DNA of 64,000 nucleotides from Octopus sinensis (taxonomy: Eukaryota): assembly GCF_006345805.1 (NCBI RefSeq), contig NC_043014.1, forward strand, positions 3,720,001 through 3,784,000, read 5' to 3'. Below the pieces are notes generated by a model that ran no database searches, was not told the origin of the DNA, and worked only from the letters and a program-made list of their open reading frames with translations. The position numbers and the translations under genes were made by a program. Positions within the stretch are counted from its first letter, which is position 1. Every line of letters starts with the position of its first letter. Positions 13,057 to 28,440 of this stretch are shown here, piece by piece.

Positions 13057-13310
13057 AGTTAAATTTAATCCAAACAAAAAGCACAAAGAAGCACATCAAC
13101 GCGTGGACGTGGAACAAACATAGTATTATTGGACGCCCAGGAAGGAAAGAAAGAAGGAGGGTTTAACGTTTCGGGTGGAGCTCTTCGTCGGAAACATACG
13201 AGATGGAAAGATCCTGAGGAGGGAAGACAGGGGGAAAAAATCGCCAAAGGTACACACGCGGCCACATATTGAATGACCGGAAGGAAATGGGTGAAGAAAA
13301 GTTCTTTCAA
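13057..13310 (-). mobile_element. Penelope LTR-like repeat with degenerate minimal hammerhead
   Basis: Minus strand GTTT-CCGACGA-AGAGCTCCACCC-GAAACGTT-AAAC at 13161-13195. Confidence 0.5.
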
Positions 13311-14296
13311 AGACAGGAGAGTGGTAGAGGAGGAGGAATGGGTGTAAGTGTGGATAAGAGCGGGCGCGGAGGTCTGCGTGTGCGTGTGTGTGTCAGTGTG
13401 TATGTGTGCAATAATGACACGTGTGTGTGTATGTGTGTGTGGTTGTGGCTGTTAAACTTTGCGTGTTGTAGGGTTAGTAGTGTTAAGGTCAAGGAAGAAG
13501 GAATTGGGCGTGGCTCCTTTTGTCTCTACCACAGGTCAAGTAGTAGGTACTGCTAGTTTGAAGTATGTGTGTGTGTGCGTGTATGTATATGTATCGTGTG
13601 TGTGCATTGTTTGTAGTGTGTGTGTGTGCATGTGTGTGTGTTCGTGTGTGTAGGCGTAGAGTTAGGGTGGCGAATAACAGTGCTTTACAGAGTGTATGTG
13701 TGCGTGTGTGTGTATGTGTGTACATGTATGTATAATTGTGCGCGTGTATGTATAATTGTGTACCATGTGTATGGGACGTATGTGTGGGTTCATTTGTGTG
13801 TGTGTGTATGTATGTGCGTGCGTCTCGTATGTGCGTGTGTGCATGTACGCGTACGTTTGTATGTGTGTGTGTAAGCGTATATGGGTGTATATGCGTGTAT
13901 CCATGGGGTTGTGAGTTTTCGGTGTGTGCATTAATGTGCGTGTGTACGTGCGTGTGTGTGTGTGTCTCTGTCTATATGTGTATACGGATGTGTATGTGTG
14001 TGCGTGTAGGCATATATTGTGTGTATGTATATGTATTGGGGTGTATGTGAATTTGTGCATGCGTGTGTGTTTTGGGTTTTTCTGGAGTTGTGTGGGAGTA
14101 ATGTGCGTGCGTGTGCTTGTGTGCGTGTGTGCGCTTAAGTACGTGTATGTGCGTTTGTGTCTCTGCCCATGTGTGTATGAGTGTGTGCGTATCTGTATGA
14201 GTATTGTTCGTTAAAGGTATATGTGGGCATCTGTGCTGGTGTGTGTGTATGTACGTGTGTATGTATGTGTGTGTGTATTGTGTGCGTATGATGCAT

Positions 14297-14582
14297 ATAT
14301 CTCCGTGATCACCGTCACAGAGCAGTTGTTGCTACAAATCGCTGGTCACAATGCGCTTCGCATTGTTTTAGCCTTCAAATGACGCCACCCCGCGGGCTAA
14401 GCGAGCAGGCCAACAGAAGAAAGGGAGAAAGTTGTGGCGAAAGAGTACAGCAGAGATCAACACAACCCACGCCCTGAGCCTCGTGGAGCATTAAACACTC
14501 ACAACGCCCAGTCTGGGAATCGAAACCGCGATCCGACAACCATGAGTCCGCTGCCCGAACCACTGGGCCACTGCGCCTCCAC
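14297..14582 (-). mobile_element. OK-like tRNA-derived SINE, full length
   Basis: A/B boxes plus 3' tail CATTTGAAGGCTAAAACAATGCGAAGCGCATTGTGACCAGCGA. Confidence 0.85.
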
Positions 14583-15406
14583 CCACAGACACACACACAC
14601 ACACATCACACATATATAAATACATATCAATATATAGGTATACACGTATACTTAAGCATACACACCATAAATATCACAAATATACGTATCTACTTATACG
14701 CATACACACACACAAACGCACACATATATGTGAGTGGACATACACTGTATAGTGTGATTGTTCGTGTACAATTGAGCACGTGTGTCTGTGTGCGTGCGTA
14801 TGTGTGTGTGTTTGTGTTTATTTGTGCGTGTGTTTGTCCGTGTGTCTGTGTGTATGTATTTACATTCGTTCTTACATATTGTCATATATAAAAACCAACG
14901 TGAATTACAGTCAAACATTACGAAATTCACCGATCTACATTGGCACTCGCACGTTTTATTTTCAGTGGGAAAGAAATTAAAAAAAACTCGCCTCACTTCC
15001 GTTCCTGATGGAGAGAAATAGATAAATGTGTGTAAATATGTACGTATTCCTATGTGTGCGTGTGTGTGTGTTTGTATGTGTCTGTTTCTGTGCGTGTGTG
15101 TAAGTGTACATCTAGATATAATACTTAAAACTAATATTTATAGGGCTAAACATTGCAGCGACAGGGCATGGCCATGCTAGAACCCCACCATTAGATTTTT
15201 TTCATTACGCACTTATTTCCCTCTCCAGGATTATGTCTGGTGAAAGAGCGATCGGACAGGAGTACAATTCCACCCTTCTTTGTGTTTACTTGGGATGTGT
15301 GTATACGTATGTATATATAGATATATATATATATATCCATATACACACACACACACATATATATATATATAATATATATATATATATTATATATATATAT
15401 ATATAT

Positions 15407-15437
<31 letters not shown>

Positions 15438-15464
15438 TAGATAGATAGATAGATAGATACATAC

Positions 15465-15502
<38 letters not shown>

Positions 15503-16369
15503 TGATAGATAGATAGATATGTAGATAAATAGATTGATAGATAGATATGTATGTACATACATACGTATCTATATATGTGTGTATGTATATATGATATGTA
15601 CATATATATATAGATGTATGTGTGTGTATAGCACACATAGTGTGTATGTATCTATGTTTAATGTATGTGTCTGTTATTGTCGCACCACTATCGATTCTCA
15701 ACTGATGTCGGTGTGTTTACGTCCCCGTTACATAGCGGTTCGGCTAGAGATACCGATAGAATGAGCAATAGGCTTACAAAGAATAATTCCTGAATTCGAC
15801 TTGTCCTACTAAACGCAGTGCTCTAGCATGGCCGCAGTCAAATGACTGAAACGGGTAAAAGAATATATTTATATACAAACACACACACTCACACACACAC
15901 ACAAACACACACACACACACACACAGACACAAACACAAACACATACACACACACACATATACATATATATAGATAAATAGGGAGAGAGAGAGATAGACAG
16001 AGAGATACAGTGATAGATACACACACGCATATATTTGTTTGTATATATATATCTATATATGTTCACGCACTAATATATTCATATATATGTATATTATATA
16101 TACAAATATGCGTATATGTTTATATATGTATGTTTAGGTGTGTGCGCCTGTGTGTTCGTGTGTGATTACGTGTATGATCTTATGTGTGTGTCTGTGCGCC
16201 ATAGGAACATATGAACATGATTCATGCATACATCCTTACATTCATCTATCCATCCGTACATACATACATCCATACATATTAATACATACATACGTAAATG
16301 CATACATACATACATGCATATATAAATACATAAGTACATACATATATTAACACAAAATCCATGACTTAC

Positions 16370-16512
16370 GGTTTTTGATTTCTCTTCCATTTTCCTATTC
16401 TTGAATCTTGATGAAGAATCACGATCGTCAGAACGAGAAGAACCCCAAAAGCTATGAGAGAAGAAATGGAATAACGCTACGAAATATTCCTGGACAGTTG
16501 TGCGAAATCCAT
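16370..16512 (-). pseudogene. Exon 1 of gene copy 1, disrupted
   Basis: Homologous to 2748-2891, but CAG to TAG at codon 12 plus a 1-bp deletion (143 nt). Confidence 0.7.
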
Positions 16513-17135
16513 TCTGGTGACAGTTGTCGGTCGTACGTGATACTTCGTGTGGCTTCAACAAAAGATCGAGATGCGAGGTTTAAGCTGAAGACCTGTAACT
16601 GAATTCCACGTATTTATTGAGCGCACAACAACCCAGCTCTGGCATAGATCTTATCGTAAATTTATGAACCAATGCGATTGGTGGAACTGTAAAAGTGGGT
16701 GTGAACTTGTCTGACAGGTTTAATTATTGGAAAGAGATGGTTTGATATTGTCACACAATAATTACCAAAATATTTTGATGAATGAGAGACACGTGTAAAG
16801 TGAAATGATTCCTGTTTCTGGATATATTATGATATATTTATTTACTAATGTTGTTATTTAATTTTATTTGTTATTCTTGGGAAACTGTTTTAATATTCAG
16901 TGTGAGAAGCATTTCGTTCAACAGACGAATACACAGACACACACACACACACTGAAACACACACACACACTGACACACACACACACACACACACCAACAA
17001 ACACTGACACACACACACAAACTAACAAACACACAGACACACACTGACACACACACTGACGCACACACTGACAAACACACATACATTGGCATACACACAC
17101 ACTGACAAACACACACACACTCACACACACACACA

Positions 17136-17173
<38 letters not shown>

Positions 17174-20100
17174 TTTCAATATTCAGAGTGGGAAGTATTT
17201 CGTTCAACCCACACAGTAATCGCAAGACTTAATCTAATGAAGTCCGCTGTTCGGATTGGATTCTTCACAACAAGCGTTAATCGGATTAGAAAAGTTTTCT
17301 GTGAATATCAAAATCAAAACCTACCAATTCCCACCCACTCATACATACATACATACACACAAACATACATACATACATACATACATACTCTCATACATAC
17401 ATACACACATACATACATACATACACACATACATACACAGATACTTACATATATACATACATACAGACATACCCCAATACATACATACATGCATACATAC
17501 ACACTCACGTACGTACATACGTATATACATACATACATACCCCCATACATTCATATATACATACATACACTCATACATACACACATACATACACACATAC
17601 TTACATACACACATACATACATATATACCCACATAAATACATACACACACACATATATACATACATACATACATACATACATACACACATACATATATAC
17701 AAACATACACACATACATACACACACACATACATACATACATACATACACACATACTTACATATATATATACATACATTCCCCCATACATACATACATGC
17801 ATTCATATACACTCACATACATACATACATATATACATATATACATACATACATACACCCATACATACATATATAGATACATACACACATACATCGATAC
17901 CTACATACATTCACACATACATACATACATACATACATACATACCCCCATACATATATACATACATACACACACATATATACATACATACACACATACAT
18001 ACACACATACATACAAACATACATACATACACACCCATACATACATACACACATACTTACATATATACATACATACATACACCCATACATACATATATAC
18101 ATACATAGACTCTTACATACACACATACTTACATAAACACATACATACACACATGCTTACATATATACATACATACATACATACCCCCATACGTACATAT
18201 ACACATACATACACACACACATATGTACATACATACACACATACATACATACAAACATACACACATACACACACACATACATACATACATACATACTTTC
18301 ATACATACATACATACATGCATGCATATATGTATACTTACATGTATGCACACATGTATGCACGCATGTAGGTATGAATGTAAGCATCTATATATCGATAG
18401 ACATATATACACATACATACATACATACATACATACATACTCACATCCATATATACATACATACATACATACATACATACATACATACATACATACATAC
18501 ATACATACATACATACTTGGTGGCTGCCCCCTCGTTATCGAGCATGACCATTGCTCGGTGCTTAATCAATGTTGTTATCGTGTAATGCCTGTGCATGAAG
18601 ATTTTTTTAAAGCGAGGAAAGGCTGTGCACTGAGTCAATCCCAGTCACTAATCAACAGCAGCCATAATCCGAAAAGAAGAACAAGTCAACATCATCGGTA
18701 ACCACTGAGCCGCAGGTTTTATGTCGGAGTTATCCCAGTTACCTGAGTTACCCTCTCCTAGAAGGTTGCCCTAACAAAGGCTAGGAGTCCTTCACTCCCT
18801 GTGGTTTAACCGCATGATCGGGTATTCAGTCCGATTATTTCTATGTCCCCGCGCATGATACAGCCTTAAGACATTTATTGGATGGCCGTTGACTCTCAAG
18901 AATTCCTCCGCTCTTTGACGGGTTTTGTTTTTCATCCCTCAGGGTTCCCAGTAAACACCCTCTTCACCAAGCAAGCTTGATTGCGTTGCCGGTTTAGTCG
19001 CCGACGACCCGACAATGCAACAGGTTGTACTGGGTTACATGTTACCAGTAGCACTCGAAAGTGACCTGACATACATACATACATACATACATACATACAT
19101 ACATGCATACATACATACATACATGCATACATACATACATACATACAAACTTACATACATGCATACATACATACATACATGCATACATACATACATGCAT
19201 ACATTCATGCATGCATACATGCATACATACATGCATACATACATACATACATACATACATACATGCATTCATACATACATACATACAAACATACATACAT
19301 GCATACATACATACATACATGCATACATACATACATGCATACATTCATGCATGCATACATGCATACATACATGCATACATACATACATACATACATACAT
19401 ACATGCATACATACATACATACTTACTTACATACATACATACATACATACATACTTGCATACATACATGCATACATGCATACATACATATATACATACAT
19501 GCATACATACATACATACATGCATACATGCATACATACATACATGCATACATACATACATACATACATACATACATACATACATACATACATACATACAT
19601 GCATACATGCATACATACATACATACAAAAATATCCTGTTCATGTTGTTGAAATTCCAATGAAAGATACTTGGAACTAAGTTAGAAGCCGTCTCTCTTTC
19701 TGTTGGCCAGAAATATTCTATTAAAACCGAATAATGACATTCATACATATTTTTAGCTAGTCATTATCACTAGCTTTGAATATGTTTCTTCTTGTTTTAT
19801 AAATCATAGCAAAACATACAGGTACAGTGTCTCCCATCTGAAACTCAATTCGCAAGTGCACCTTCCGTATGGACTGCATATGTACGACGGAATTCCATAG
19901 TTATGATTAAATATTCTTAGACCCCTCAGATATAGTTTGACCTAATTTAATATATATATGTGTGTGTGTATGTGTGTGTGTGTGTGTGTGTGCGTGTGTG
20001 TGTGTGTGTGTTAGTGTGTGTGTGTGTGTGTGTGTAACACTCTCTGTTTGGCCCTCGCTTTAATATTAATTTGAAATAAGCTACAAAATAAATCTTACAG

Positions 20101-21395
20101 CCATGTCAGATTTCAACAAAGTCCCATAATATTTCCTATTGTAATGGCGGGTTGCTTATTTAGCTGCGCATGCTCTGTACAGCTTAAACACATGGCGGTC
20201 GTTTTAACTGTCTAATTATGCCGCTGAATAAAAAGATGAATTTGAAGATCTACCAGCGTCCGTATTCTCTGCAATTGTTTACGATTTACAACCAAGAAAA
20301 TATTTGTAATCTAGAGAAGCGAATGCAGATTTACCCATCAGGCTAATAATAGTGGGATAGTAAACATTAATAATCTTTAATCTTTATTGCAGCTTGATGT
20401 TGTTAACCGAACCCTTCGTTTATCTAACAAATATTCGACACACTCCAACATACTGTCATGAATCCTATTGGATATAACGTGACGGTCACAACATCTCAGC
20501 CTTCTTACACACAGCATCCGTGCTTGCCCTGACTATATTTGCTCTCTTTACTCTCACTTTTATGGGTGTTGTATTCGTTTCGCATGAAATGTATTCAGCT
20601 TCTAGGATCCATCCTTTCTTCGGTTCTGGTATGTTTACGTAGATGAGTGAAAGAAATCGTCGTATTTGATGTTCTCTGCTGCTGAAATGAAACAATTTTT
20701 CTGGTTGATTTCCTTTCTCATTCTTGTATATCAGCGTTTAGTGTATGATGTGTATGTTGTGAGCTTAGTTTCATTTTGTCATAATTTGTGGAGAGGTGGG
20801 AAGGTTGTGATTTAGATTTAGGTTATAAGTTATGGGTAAGAATGGAACGGAAAGCTTCCCTGATTAATAAGGCAAATAAAATGGTTTGTGTAGAAGTAAT
20901 TGGTTGTTGTTTTTGAAGCGATCATGTGTTTTCTGAGTTAAATAATGTGGTGGTTCTTTGTCATTGTCAGATTCCGAGAGTTGTAATTTCAAAAGCAAGA
21001 TGTCTGAGATAGTAGCGTCGAGTATTAGATGAAAAGCTGATATAATTCTATGGTGGTACTTTATTTGGGGTTTGTTGAATCATGAGACAGAAGACAAAAT
21101 ACTGTTAAACAAAATAACATTTTATTTCAACGATAAGTTTGATAAACTGAAATCTTACAAAATGTTTTCTAGAATCATTCCGACAGATTTAGATTTTTCT
21201 TTTTTTTGAGGATATTTCTGGCATTCTACGTCGCCTCCTTTGTATTGTTTGAATATCTTCTGTAAACTAGTACAACAGTTTATTGTAACGGTAGACATAC
21301 TTTAAAGAGAATATTAGGTAACAAAATTGAAAATTTTATGTTATATATTGAAATTCACAGAGATATTTTCATATGGAACCGAATTTAATTTATAT

Positions 21396-21895
21396 TCAAT
21401 ATTTACTGCATACAACACAGGTTAATTCTTGACCATGGACATACGGTGGACATGGCAATGAACCACAAGCAGCCTGAACGAAATATAATACAGCTCCATT
21501 TTCGTTTCTGTAACCTGCTGGATCAGCTTCTGGTGCATAATCCACACACACATATTCATATCTGCCCTTATGTGTATGACGTTCGGACATCAAATATCCC
21601 GAATACTCAGCTGTCCAACCAGCGTAACACTGTGTTCTGGCTGGTAACATCATAAAAACAGCAGGTTGTCGTGTCAAACAGACAGCGCACGGAACGTTGT
21701 GATCATGAAGTGATTTAGCGTTAGCAAAAGAAAAGATGGTATTGGTGTCGTAATCCTGTAGTTGATATTCACTGCCATAAATGTGACCACCTTCTTCAAC
21801 TTTTGTAGTATAATTGGCCCAAATGGGGTCGTTAGGTAGACATAAGAGATTACTTCCGCCACCTGTGTGGTCGTACATTGTTCCACCAGCCACAC
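21396..21895 (-). CDS. Exon 4, short-chain collagen C4-like domain, gene copy 2
   Basis: Open 500-nt exon with ttctag acceptor and the same Cys framework as copy 1. Confidence 0.9.
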
Positions 21896-23359
21896 CTAGA
21901 ATTGGTAAGAATAAATCAAGTAAAAAAGATATTAAGCAAAATTATATATGAAATAACGGAAACATTCATTACAGTTTGACCCTTAAAAGAAGTCATGTTT
22001 AGTCACGTGTGAACGAATTGTGGTGTATGTTTTAGTGTTTATATGAGTGTATGCTGTGTTATATATTTGTGTGTCTTTGTGTTTGTGTGTGTGTGTGTTG
22101 GTGTGTGTTTACGTGTAAGTATTTGTGTGTGTGATGTGTATTGCTTGGGTAGATGTTTGTGTTGTGGGATGTCAATAAACGGAGGAAAGGAAAGGGATTT
22201 TGTTACGCATGTGGTCGTGATTTCCCGAAATGGAAAAGATGTCGTTCACGTTCGAACGGGAAAATTGTTGGTGACGGGAATTGCATGTGGTTTGAGTAGA
22301 ACAATACGAGAGACGGCGAGATGCAGAGAACTGGTGGGTAGGAGGGGATGAAATACTGTTTAGCCGAACATACGGGTGTGGCTAGCTATATCCATCGGTT
22401 TGTCTCGGACGAGTCAGGCCTACCACGAGACGGGCCTAACACATACTATAATTTTATGATCACAGAGATTTTATTTCATGCAAAGCATCAACTGAGGTGG
22501 AGTGAATTTTGAAGCTCATTGATGGCGTAGTGCTTAAGAAGAATGGACAGCGGAGAGGCGACCGATAAAGAATATGTGTAGGGTTTATAGAGAGCACATT
22601 CACAAAAGATGTGAGGTTGGTTGGAGAAGATGTGGGAAGCAGTAGCTTTGAATTGGATGTGCCGGTGTTACCTTACAAAGATACACTGGACAATTAATGA
22701 GGCGAGGTGTTGCATGAAAAGAGATCGGTTGAAGGGGTAGGACGATTTCGGTAAGGTGGAGAAGAATAGTAGTGCAATATGCACTCATTTGTGTTATCTT
22801 AGTGGTAATTCATCCCTCTACATTTTGCATAATACATAGGATCCTAAGTTAGCTTTGTCCATTAGTTACAGTGTGTGGTCTGTCCAGTCCACATTGTACA
22901 TTCTGCGTTCACTTCATTAACCATAAACATTCATTCATCAATTCTAAGAGACCTTGTTCAATGTAGTCTATAACTACAATCAATAGACTCTCTAGTTAAT
23001 GATAGTCAAGTGGCCACTTTCAGCTCTGGTCACTCACGTACAATACCACCATCCGTATCCAGTCTAGTCCCTATCTATAATTTAAGGTAGTTAGACAACA
23101 ACCTTTTCACCTGGTCCATAGTAGACAACATTTAAATTCTAATTTGACCAAATACCTACAAAGGAGTGAGCAGTCTTGTGCAGTCACTATAGGGTCTATA
23201 GGTATCGTTTCAAACGTGATATATCACATGATTTGCTTGAATGTGTGTGAGAGAAACTGAAAGAGAGGTGCCGACACGAAGAGAAAATGAGAGGAATAAA
23301 AAGAGAAGAAGAGAAAGATAAAGAGAGAAAGAGAGGACAGAAATACAGAGTATACTAAC

Positions 23360-23434
23360 CGTCATATACAAGGTTTGAATAAGGAGGACAAGTAGTTCTG
23401 CCCCACCGTGTATACAATGATCCGGGACCGGGTT
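23360..23434 (-). CDS. Exon 3, gene copy 2
   Basis: 75 nt, PGPGSLYTRWGRTTCPPYSNLVYD, canonical splice sites. Confidence 0.85.
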
Positions 23435-23986
23435 CTGTGAAATTAAAATAACACAATTTAGTTTAAAAGAAAGAATTTTTGAATCCTATACAAAGGAAGT
23501 TGTTGGCTTGGAAGGAATTGATAGAGAGGAGAGAAATTTAGAAGTTAAGAGAAAAAGAATGAGTGAATGAATGAAAATCAGAATGAAAGAAGTAAATGAT
23601 TCGCTAAGAATAAATTTTAAACGAAGAAAATTAGTCATTTGTCTATTAAGCCCGTTGTTGACGTTGATGTCAACGAATTGAGAGATTAATCTCAGAATAT
23701 CAGAATGTGTATTTGTCTCCCTTAAGAACAGATGTTTGTTTTGTAGTTGAACTTGGATGTGAGTATATATATATATATATATATATAATATATCTATATA
23801 TATATATATATATAATATATATATTGTATATATATATATATATTATATATACATATATATTTATATATGTTTGTGACAATAAAAATGATTAAGTTCTTCT
23901 TTTATAGATATGTAGACCATATTATCAATTCTTGGTAACTGATTGGTCAATTACAAATATCAGCTTGGTGTTGGGCTGGGCGCGAA

Positions 23987-26100
23987 GAGAGTCCGTTTCC
24001 TGACAGAAGACTAGTATGGCCACCCCATTAAGGTCTTTGACGCCATTCAACTCAATCAATACTTCTTGCGGTTATCAAAGTGGGCACGGGAGTCTCCTCG
24101 TAAGACAAATGACTTTACCCCAAATATATCCAAAGCTGCAGTGAATTTGTTAAGGAAGCATTTGTATTTGCCTTCGCTATTGGATGCATTTACTTCCAGC
24201 AGCTACACCACTCCTTCATTCTGCTTGAGCTTCAGGAGGTATCCCTTAATACCTAGTGGGATTTACTCCATAACCCAATCCGAAAGCCAGGGATTGTGTG
24301 CATCCCACTTCCGCCTATGCAGACATAGTTGGCACCACACCTGCACGGTGGAGTTTCCAACCTACTTCCAAGTGTATGCCTCCGAAGTAATGAAGCTTTC
24401 TTGAGGAGACACCGATATAGCGTTTTATCTCATCCGGTTTTGACAGTCTAATTCTTAATTATGAACGGTTGATCCCCTCTGGACCTGCTTCGGGGTCCTG
24501 GAACACGCATATTTCGTATTCCCTCCCCATGCATCCAAGATTAAGTTGGGTGGAGACTGCAATATATTTCCCGAATGGACTCCTCCACTCAAGATCCAGA
24601 CGCAACGGGTTTTATCCCACTCGATGGATGACGCGGTATGGCTATTCCTTGGAGCCCTTAGCGTACTGTATGTATATGTTGCAAACACCGAGGTCAAATA
24701 CAAATCAATCCTAAGCAAATTCACGTCAGCTTTAGATATAGATGGGGTAAGTCATTTGTCCTGCAAGGAGACTTCAGTGCACACCTTGGCACTGATAACC
24801 GTGAGAAGGATTGATTGGAAGGAATGTCGTCAGTGAACTTAATGGAGAGGTCATAGCAGTCTTCTGTGCAGGATACACACTCTCCTCTCTATGGTATAGA
24901 TATTATTTGAAGACAGGGATATTTATAAGGGTGCCTGGTATAGAAATACTTGGTGACAGAGGTTTTGATAGATTTCGGTCATCTTTCACTCTTTGCTGAA
25001 ACGAATTCGGGTTAAAGGAGGGGTGGAGTTGTCAACTCGTCACTACCTAAATGTCTAAAAACCTGAAAATTCCTAGTCTGCCGAACGCTGGAAATTGGTA
25101 AGTCCAGTGCGACCTACAGAATACAGTTGGAACCGCAGAGAATGCTGGGATCAGAAACCAAAATGTGGAGACTTTTGCATCCAAATTGAGAGTGACCCGC
25201 CTGATTGAAATTGGACCTAGAAATGGATTCGTTATCGTATAATTTTTGGGGGCACTTTCTTCTTCGGTTGAACGCTTATTTTAGCTAAATTCACTTAAAA
25301 GTGATAAAGCTGCTGGTGAAAAGCACGTTCGGCTATGTGGATGGGACCTATGTGGATGAGACCTCTGGAAAAAACACCAAGGCAATGGTAATATGGGGTG
25401 ACAATCACAATTTTTTCAAACAGAGACCAAAGTGTGTGTGTTTAGTTAGAGAAAAGTTACACTAGATGTGAGGGAAAGATATGTAGGGAAATTGTCGTGC
25501 CCAAGATTACTATCCTGGACGCTGTACGCTCGACCAGATAGTCGTTCAAAGATAGATATTCCAGCAAACGTTGAAGCATTTCCAAGAGGAATACGCTGTA
25601 AACCATGAAAAGGCACAAGATCACGTGCCCTGAGGCATGTTGCGGATGGTTTACCAGGAAGTTGAGTTGAACGGGCGAATATGGATGCTCAAATGAGTGT
25701 ATTTATGCAAAAGTCGAAAGTTTTCAACGTGAAGGTTTCACTTAGTTGAAGTGTGCATTGTTAGTGCCCCTTCTCACATTCTTTTTTGTGATCTGGTTGA
25801 ATATGCGCAGCCATTGTGGTAGAGGTATCCCAATTCATCTCTACGTGATCGGTCGACTGTTATTTGTAGACGACATGCTGCTACCTGATTCGTCTGATGG
25901 TCACCAACAACGTGCACTGAATGGGTTGGCTGCCGAGTACCCTAAGGCAGGATTGACAAATACGCACTGTGTTGGAAAGTGGAACATCATTATTTCGGGT
26001 CTCTGTTCACGATGATTGGAACACAAGAGTGGACAGAATGCTGAATTGTAGATATAAACGCAGTGAAGCGCCAGCTCGGGCATTTGATTCTCAGATGAAG
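23987..26100. mobile_element. Decayed RTE LINE: inverted A fragment plus B copy (unit 2)
   Basis: Homologous to 9936-12118. Confidence 0.8.
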
Positions 26101-26452
26101 AGTGGGGCTCGCTCTGGGTGCTCTAATTTTTTTACAGTGAACGTACCGGCCGCCTCGGACACTCGGCGAAGGGCACCCTCGGGGGCACCGTGCGGGCAGA
26201 AACAATTCTCGACGTAGAACGGCATATGTACTCATACACACACAATAAATATCATAGTATATTAGAGTAACATTTTATTTAGGAAATTATTGTAAAGTAG
26301 AACGTATTTCGAAATAAATTCAGGCAAGTGTCTTAGTATATATTATTGTGGACATATGGATAGTAATGTGGAATTAATTCAAAGTTGGTGAAATTATAAA
26401 TCATTGGTTAAGGAGACACGGGTAAAGACTTTAGCCGTAAATTAGTTCTTAC

Positions 26453-26503
26453 TTGGTGTGTCATCAGTTTATCGTCGAGAGATTTCTTGGAGATGAAACG
26501 GTT
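26453..26503 (-). pseudogene. Exon 2 of gene copy 2 with a 1-bp deletion
   Basis: 51 nt; catcagtttatc versus catcaggtttatc in other copies. Confidence 0.65.
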
Positions 26504-26596
26504 CTGTAATAAATAGAAATAGCATCATATAAATAGAACTTCAGGGTATTTATTATCGTTTAGAACTTAAAACAATGCAATGGATGACAACATATT

Positions 26597-26870
26597 CGGA
26601 CAGGTATCATTGCCGGCAATACCATCTCTACCCCTTAGGAACGTTCTAGAAGGCGCTTCCATCCCGTCAAACGATTTTCTGAACAACATCAGAGAATACA
26701 ACTCTGAATTTCAAATGACATCGTTTGGTGAATCTAAGAAGATAGATAAACATGAATTTACGCCGAGGTCAAAGTTCAAGGGCAAGTCTATCCCCTCATT
26801 GGTTCCCTGGTACCTGCGAATGAACAACCACAGTTCCGCGAAATTTGCTCTATGAGTGATGTAGGACAAC
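26597..26870 (+). mobile_element. Helitron remnant (unit 2)
   Basis: FLNNIREYNSEFQMTSFG motif. Confidence 0.75.
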
Positions 26871-27178
26871 AAACCCGACGTGATGGGTCGTGTTAGATAC
26901 AGCGCATACTGCTGCAAGGGAGAGTATATCCACTGACAGCTTTTCGGTGCGTTCAAAAATCACAGATAACCCACCTCCAATTTTGCATGACAGGTTAGGG
27001 CCTGAAACACTCCAAACGGACGCATAGCATGTTGCTTAGTCGAATTAGCCCAGCATTTACTCTACATATATTTTGTTGTCAATGTTGCACTTTCCCATAT
27101 CTCCTGTTTCAAAATGACTGCAATATATTATATACCAACTTTGCCATTTTAATCGCAGCAATGCCGTGTATGTCTGCT

Positions 27179-27214
<36 letters not shown>

Positions 27215-27389
27215 AATATATACAGACACATATATATATATATATACACACACATATTTCTACGTTTATATATATATATATATATATATACATATATATA
27301 TAAATATAAGTGTAGCAAAAACTTCTAGAAAAAGTTCTCTGCTACCAGCGGTCTAGTGAGAAAAAAGATAGTCAAAGACTATATACTAT

Positions 27390-27850
27390 ACATTCAACAA
27401 TATAAGGAATGGCCATAATAGGACATTCGACTCACTAGAAAGAGCAGCCAAACTCAAACCGCAAATTAGTTGTAATTCTGAAATAGAAAGAGAAATAAAA
27501 CGTTTCCCCTTTCATCTCTGGACTATGCATAGTTTCTGCAAACTTTGTAAACAAATTAATTAAATTACATATATTTACATCTGGCGTGCCTCGTCAGCAG
27601 AGAAGCCTATGATGAGTATATGTCCACGAGGCGATGGTAAAGAAGCCTCCAGTCCATATGCTCTAAATTTTCAAAATTCTACCGCAATCGCGATGTCTTT
27701 CAGCAGCAAATACAAACTGCTGATTTAATTTCAAAATTAGCCAAAAAATCATTAATTAGTAAATATAAGGGTATTTAGCGGTTTGAGTTTTGCTGCTCTT
27801 TTTAGTAAGTCGAATGTCCTATTATGACCATTCCTTATATTGTTGAATAT
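27390..27850. mobile_element. Insertion with about 70 bp terminal inverted repeats in (TA)n, hammerhead-bearing
   Basis: attcaacaatataaggaatgg...caaaccgc (27392-27462) is inverted at about 27777-27849; unique to unit 2. Confidence 0.75.
27515..27603 (-). ncRNA. Type I hammerhead ribozyme with C11.1 to A change
   Basis: Minus strand TCTCTG-CTGACGA-GGCA...TGCA-GAAA-CTATGCATAG-TC-CAGAGA: 6-bp stem I, palindromic stem III, GTC triplet. Confidence 0.75.
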
Positions 27851-27887
27851 ATATATTATATATATTATATATATATATATATATATA

Positions 27888-27925
<38 letters not shown>

Positions 27926-28440
27926 GTATATATATATATATAATATATATAATATATATAACATGCATATATATAGTTAAATTTAATTCAAACAAGAAAG
28001 CACAAAAAAAACAACACGTGGAACAAATATAGTATTATTGGACGCTCAGAAAAATGGAAAGAAGGAAAGTTTAACATTTGGGGTGGAGCTCTTCGTCGGG
28101 GAAACATACGAGAAGGAAAGATCCAGGGGAGGGATGACAGGGGGAAAACAATCGCCAACGGTACACACGCGGCCACATTTTGAATGACCGGAAGGAAATG
28201 GGTGAAGAAAAGTTCTTTCAAAGACAGGAGAGAGGTAGAGGAGGAGGAATGTGTGTGTGTAAGTGTGGATATGTGCGGCGCGGCTGTGCATGCGTGTGAA
28301 GTGTGTGTGTATGTATGTGTGCAAGGATGACCCGTATGTGTGTGTGCATGTGTGTGTGTATGTGTGTGTGGTTGTGGCTGTTAATCTTTGCGTGTTGTAG
28401 GGTTAGTAGTGTTAAGGTCAAGGAGGAAGGAATTGGGCGT

